Positions 57,701 through 64,000 of a stretch of 64,000 nt of DNA are shown here, piece after piece. The notes beneath the pieces are model-generated. The model was not told the DNA's origin. It worked only from the letters and a program-made list of their open reading frames with translations, and searched no databases. The DNA lies in contig CM121341.1 in NCBI GenBank assembly GCA_051530055.1, positions 13,432,784 through 13,496,783 on the forward strand, read 5' to 3'. Source of the stretch: Neoechinorhynchus agilis. Taxonomy: Eukaryota; Animalia; Acanthocephala. The stretch's first letter is position 1; every line of letters starts with the position of its first letter. The translations under genes were made by a program, and so were the position numbers.

Positions 57701-60081
57701 TATCGACTTGGATCTGAACTTTGGAATTATAAGTACACGGTGATTTCACTAGAGGGCACAATGTATCGAAGCGATGTATCGATTACGGCTGGTAAGGCGG
57801 ATTTGGCATCCAAAGCTAAAAAGTGGGATCATCGAAAAGTGGTTGCAATGGCTAGAAAAAGAAATGATATCCTTAATAAAATTCGAGAATGTAAGCGCGA
57901 GATCGCTGATTTGGATGAGATTCATTTGATCGAACGAAACCGCTTATCGTATGAGTTCCGACTATCCGAGATAAAAAGAGAATTATCGAAGTCGGAATAT
58001 CTTTTAATTGAATTTGAAAGCGATTTGGCGGAAACTTTGAAACAACAAGAGGAAATCGAAAAAGCCATTCGGCCAATCGAACAACAAATTAGCAAGTTGA
58101 ATCAAGATAAGGAGGCTGTCTTATCTAGAATTCATGCCATACAGGATAAGATTTTCGCTGATTTTTGTCTACGTCATAATTGCAAGAATATTCGTGATTT
58201 TGAGAATAATCGATTGAATGCAAAGAATATAGCAAGGAGAAAAGTGAATGAAGCGGAACAACAATTCAATAGAGTAAGCAAATTATATGAGATGGAGAAG
58301 CAACGATTAAGTGATCATATTGGATCGCTAGATACGGTTGAAGTGATCGATGCACTGATCGAGAGGTTATCGGAATTTCAAGAAAAGGAAAACGAGCTAA
58401 AGAAGCTGATAGAAGAATGGGATTTGAGTATTAAAGCAAAAAGAAAGAAAATCGGTGAAAATCAAGGGATAATGTCGAATATAAAGCTAGCTATTAACTT
58501 GCTTAAAGACGAATTGGTTGAGTTAGAAGAAAATATTTCAACTGTAAAAGGTAAATTAAATGCGGTCCAATTAAAGCGAAATCAATGTCATGTTGATCGC
58601 CATTTATGTCTGAAAAAGTCTAAAGATGATAATGTTCCTTTACCTTTTCTGAGAGGTGATTTTGACCAAATCGGTGCAGGCGCGTATTTTGACTATCAAT
58701 ACTGCGATACTCAAGATGCTCAAGAACTTTTCAGTTCGGAATTATCTTTGGAATTTGACTATTCCATTCTCGACGATCAATTAATTGGTATCATTGAAAA
58801 AGCAATTCCTCTTGATATTATGGCCAGTTTTGATGGATATGTGGGGTATAATGTGTATTCGAATCGTCTGTCGTCGATTGAAAACGAAATCAATGAGATT
58901 AATGATTTTTTCAACACTTTGAGTATAACGGTCTCGTCTACGAACATCACAGAACGTGTAAAAACGGTCAAAAATCTGATAGCTGAAATTGATGAAGAGT
59001 TTTGTGTTAGTCGAGCGGAATTCGACCGGATAAAGTCGGAATTCGGAGACGTGAAAAAAGAACGAATGGAAAGGTTTACCAAATTACTTGATCATATGAA
59101 ACAGAAATTAGACGTTTACTATAAAGCGCTTAACCAAGCAAACGAAGCAAAGGCTTATCTGTTTCCTGAGAATCCAGATGAGCCGTATTTGGGCGGTATA
59201 AGTTTTAGTTCTATTCCACCAGGGAAACGGTATATCAAAATGGATAAATTATCAGGTGGAGAACAGACAATAGCTGCTTTGGCATTTTTGTTTGCGATGA
59301 GAAGGTATGAAATTTACTCGTATTTATTTCTGTAGTCAATTTTAGCTTAATACAATCTCCTTTATTGATAATGGATGAAGTGGATGCCAATTTGGATTCT
59401 ACCAATCTGAATAAGGTAATGTTAAATAACGAGATTCTGTCTTTCACCCGTGAGTTTTGAAACCTTTCAAAGCTGCAAGATGCGATTGTCGTTCATCAAA
59501 ACGTTTTCTTGTATTTTAATCTGTAGGAGACCTGTAATATTTCAACCATTACAATGTGTAAATACTTTAAATTGTCCTTAAATAAAGCATTGATTTTGCT
59601 TAGGAACTTTAGTAAAATAGCTAAAATCTTCGTGGTAGAATCGAATATTTCAGGAACTTTAGTCTATTAAAGATGACACTGAAGTGTGCAGATCTCTGTG
59701 TTTTTTGCGATCTTCAGAATGTACTTCATTCGACATTTTGCTCACTTCAATTCTAGCTGATCAAATTTATCAAATCGGAAACCACGGACAATGACCTTCA
59801 ATGCATTATAATCTCACTAAAAAGCAATTTATTCGCTAACGCATCATCTCTAATTGGTGTTTGTCCTCAGGTTTGCTCTCTAAAACTTGTAAACATAACA
59901 AGTCAGTTTTTGTGGACAGATTCATGGATCGAGCAATAGCAAGACTATTAGTTTAGACCTCACTCAATATTCTGATGAACCAGTGTTCGATGACGAAATC
60001 TTAGAAATCGATTCATCAGAGGAGCTACTGAGTACATCGACTAGCAAAATAACTTCAGGAGACGAGAACGAACAACCTTAA
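54721..60081 (+). CDS. SMC1: Structural maintenance of chromosomes protein 1 (cohesin), six coding segments: 54721-~55173, ~55381-~56659, ~57531-59304, 59346-~59415, ~59757-59870, 59920-60081
   Basis: FKSY, IIGPNGTGKSNILDAI (Walker A), hinge, LSGGEQT signature, IMDEVDANLD (Walker B), CIIISLK, SKTISLDLTQY. The last three introns are canonical GT-AG; the first two junctions are uncertain. Confidence 0.93.
56866..56922 (-). mobile_element. 57-bp CRE subfamily B 3'-end fragment inside SMC1 intron 2
   Basis: CCGCCAAATTCCAGCTTTTGTCCTTCCTCGACCGTCGCCATCACGCT is identical to ~14714-14761. Confidence 0.9.
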
Positions 60082-60937
60082 GCGAAATGCTGGGAACTAT
60101 ATGGGAAAATGTTGATCAGAGATAAACTTGGATCTTCTCTGGTTGCCAGATTTCTAATAAAAATATATTTTGCATTTGGATTTCTCCAATTTTATTCTAC
60201 TTAACATACCATCATAATTATGTAAATTGGAAGATTTTAAACGTGGTGTTTTTGGCAAAGCAAAAGAAAACCAAAATTTATCAACAATGGACAACCTGCA
60301 GCAAACATGAAGATAATTTTATCTAAAAATTGCGTTTTTAATTATGATCATGCGTATATCTCTTTTAAGATGCAATAAGTAAATTTTGATTGATTTTTCG
60401 TCTCACGAGATCCAACGTAAACCTTGCATAGCGTCTACTTTCTTTTCAACACGAAAGCTACTCCAACATTTCAAACTCTCGGAAACGAAACCGTTTCGTT
60501 GCCTATTCCTGAATTAGCGCCCCTGATTATCAGAGATGCGATCTTCAACATTGTATTGATGATGAAAAATTGTGGACATGAAGATGTTCTTTAAGGAAAA
60601 AGAAAATGAGTCTCGATTGCACTGAAATCGGTTCGAACTTTTTTAATATGGAAATTATTTTTCACATTAACCTTGACAACGATTGTGCGCCAAAATATCT
60701 GATTCAATAAATTACTTCAATTTTTCACCGTAAAAAGACACGAACGCTTCATTCTTAAAACATTCGCATTGTCGTACCTTTTTTCAGGAGGTAATTTCGT
60801 TCATTTGAAGTAAACATAAAATATCACACGATTGACGGTTACTTGTGAAAAAATTGAACCTCATAATTTTTACAACATGCGGATTGGTCACTAGGATAAT
60901 ATAGTGAAATACATTGTATTTTACTATGGAATCTTAA

Positions 60938-63509
60938 ATGACAATGAGTTCTGGAGTGAAAAGTTCATTTGATAGTTCAATTGAATTAAAGAAGGAAGAA
61001 TATGAGCCGAAGATTAATAGTGTCAAATCCATGACAAAAGGAGATCCATGGGTATTACCAAAGTCGCAAATTAAAGAGGGTTGTTATGGAACAAAACTTC
61101 TTATTGATTCCAGCATTCACCAAAAGCAATTTGAACCACAATTTGCCCATCATGTGATACAGAGTGGTAAATCTCAAGTTACAAAAATGAAACCCGGGCA
61201 TTTTATGTGCAGAATGGTTGATACGTACGTCGAAAGAGGAGAGCTTAAGGTAGATGTGAAATATTCCTTTTTTTGGTTAACTATGATCCCTGAATAGTAT
61301 GAATGTCCGCCGTTAGGGTCGGAGTTTTGCTCGAGGATTTCTCCGTCGAAATATGTCGATCTCAGTACGACGAATATTCAATCTAATAATAAAGCCGTGT
61401 TTGATAGTGATCTAAAATGGGACGCTGCATCAACACTCAATCATATTTCGGTTCTTAACTATGTTTTCATAATTACTAAATTTACATTTGAGAACTATAG
61501 GACGCTTTGGACAATCTTGACGTTGCCGTTAGAAGTAAAAATACTACATACACTCAATTATACAGTAAACGCAAGGACGCTGACGATGTAGGCATTGCCC
61601 ACGTTGCAGAATATCGGTAAAGTTTAAGCTTGTGATTTTTAACTATCTTTTTGATAAAAAAATTAGTTTTGATTTTGGTTTATCGTCTAAATTAGAAGAC
61701 AGACGCGCTTTGTTATTGGATTGGTCGCCTATAATCTCAGATCACTTCATTGCTATTCATACATACCCTGAATTCGGAAATGATCATTTCTCGTATGTAA
61801 ATTTATGGTCTGCAGGTAAGTGGAAAATAATAGTCTTTATGGTCAACTATTGTTTGATTTAGACAATTCGACTTTTCCACTTCGCGATGTTGTTTGTGCC
61901 GACAGCCTCACAAGTGTAAAATTCAATCGGATAGATTCAAATATTTTCATTGGAGGAACGCGTTTGGGATCAGGACGTACATTGCATTTTTCTATTTATA
62001 AAAACCTTATTTTTCTCTCTAGTTTTGTTTGACATTAGGAAACCGGATATGAATTACGAACAAACAACGAAAATAAAGGATATTATACCTGGTCCAGCAA
62101 CAGCCGTTGATTGGTTCTCTTCATCGAATCAATACATGTTTGTACTAGCTTATTCCAATGGAGTGGTAAATGCTTTAACATAAATTATAAGCCTCATTTC
62201 ACCTTAAAAAAGATGAGGTTTTGGGATGCTCGAAACTTAGCAGAAATAGTGGCAGCTACTCAACTGAAGGATCACAGCATTAACACAATGCTAATTTCAC
62301 CAATTACAGTAAGCAATCCATACAAGGAACAAATAGTTAGAGCATTTTTCCCAATACAGGATAATATAACGATCACAGGCAGTCTTCATGGCTCTTTGTG
62401 TTTCATAGAAGGCACCTATGCAGACCCGTCATCCATCGATTTGACACGATTTTCCGGACTGACTGGTCCTGTGTTAAATATCGACGCACATTCAACACTG
62501 CCAAGTCTTCTATTGACCTCTGATTGCCAAAACGTAAAGATTTTTTCATCATATTATCACTCCAAGGACATCCATACGACAAGGTTCTTATATCTATCAT
62601 TTTGCCTAGGTACATTTCAGCGAAATTACGTTAAGGATTGCTAATGAGATGTCAGTCGGAGCTCGTTGGCTACAGGGTCCAACGAGTCTCTTTGCGTCCG
62701 CGCATACGAATGGAATTGTGAATATTTGGTCCGTGGACGAGCGACGCGGAAATCCTGCTTTTTCTACAATTGTAAGACTGTTTTAGATATTGCATTTTTT
62801 AAGGATGATATTCGCGTTGAATAGGTAGGTTCTAACTGTACCGCAATGACAGTTAGTCCACATGGATATAATCCAATCATTGTTGGGAATAAAGAAGGTG
62901 CATTGAACCTAGTTCAACTGAGTCCGAATATACAAATTGAACATAATTTTGAGAATACTCATTATGTAGGTTTAATTTGCACTTTTCCTTGTGAATCATT
63001 CTTATTTTCAGTTTGAAGCAAAAGCTCTTATTCGCCGAAGGAGACAGGATAACGTTGATAATTTATATTCATATATCGATAACGTTCTAAATGAAGCAAA
63101 AAAGAAAAATCCGTTTCAAGAATCGACCGGGTCTGGAGAATCTGGCGCGGATACACATGTGGACGATTACGAAAAAAACAATAATTACGAACGCGAGGAT
63201 CATTCAGATTCAGAAATTATTGAAACGTCAAAAAGTTCAATGATGAAGTGGAGTTTTAGCGAGGAGGAGATAAATAATATCAATAACGAGGTTGATAGTG
63301 TCTTAGAGAACATCAGTCAAGTACAAAGTGAAAGTCTAATTGGCAAATCATCGGCAGTCGACACGATATATTCAGGTGTAAATTTTGAACACTTTGATAG
63401 GTTATATGGTGAAACAAATAGTGAAGATTTGAGTGACATCCTAGAGATTCTAGCAAAAGTCAAATTGACGGATATCGCGGATGATCTGGAGAGTGATGAT
63501 GTTAATTGA
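60938..63509 (+). CDS. WD40 protein resembling an axonemal dynein intermediate chain (DNAI2-like), multi-exon
   Basis: In-frame chain of exons joined by ~45-55-nt GT-AG introns (e.g. 61250-61297). LLDWSP, LFDIRKP, RFWDARNL, TGPVLNID..LLLTSDCQNVKIFS and NGIVNIWS motifs; acidic tail. Confidence 0.7.
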
Positions 63510-64000
63510 TAAAAACCAATCCATTAGTTTATAAAAGCGAATTACGGTGAAGAATTAGTAATTAATCCATGCATTACAGAATTAAAAAGTTGCACATCTT
63601 TACCGCAGTGACTACATTTTGACGACGAAAGAAGTGTTTTCACTTACATTTCACTCTCGTAATGTTGCTGGGGTTTAACTGTACACTGAACCGTGACCTA
63701 TCGCGGTTGAATGAAGAGCTAACCCACTTAACCGTCGAATCATTACATTTTCGCCTTATAACAATTCAAATTCGAAATTTTGCGTGCAAAGAAAAGATGA
63801 TTGGCCGTTTTGTTACGGTAAAAGTATTAAAAAAATTGTTTATATTATTTTACCTACAAATATATCCATATCCTCTTAATTTGAATACTGTTTCAAATCC
63901 CAAGGGTATGAATGTTTACCTGAGGAATTAGCAATCTTAGAGGGTAAGTCGTTTTTATTGCTACATCACTTTTGCTACCTTCGAGAATAATTCAATTAAA

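Noticed and set aside
63662-63931. 89-aa ORF at the right edge
   Set aside because: No homology recognised and context truncated by the window end.

Overview
Eukaryotic, metazoan-type, AT-rich genomic window. Compact clusters of intron-poor host genes alternate with nested stacks of decayed transposable elements. Host genes: RPL37, PSMC2/RPT1, a MORN-repeat gene, a divergent fibrillarin-like gene, a Tyr-rich protein, a two-Tudor protein, RPL10A, a LisH/CTLH (GID8-like) gene plus a pseudogenised paralogue, SMC1 and an axonemal-type dynein intermediate chain-like WD40 gene. Ordinary introns are short (about 40-55 nt) GT-AG. Mobile elements: seven fragments of CRE-type RLE retrotransposons, three small-LTR Gypsy elements, APE-type LINEs of several families, a Penelope element, a piggyBac remnant and several MITE/foldback elements. 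The window opens inside an 830-bp tandem array encoding a predicted N-myristoylated Pro/Gln-rich 91-aa protein. Top leads: (1) a complete Gypsy element whose 16-nt leader has no tRNA primer-binding site but is a perfect 15-nt complement of its own LTR poly(A)-signal region, suggesting self-priming and/or poly(A) occlusion; (2) a TIR/9-bp-TSD MITE inside the PSMC2 coding sequence with splice sites in its own TIRs (introner-like); (3) three long introns in essential genes whose best-aligning junctions use non-AG acceptors (CG, GG, GG), each exactly 4 nt from a TAG; (4) a minimal hammerhead-like motif after the Penelope ORF. All assignments come from motif reading by eye; no database searches were run and the organism is not identified.
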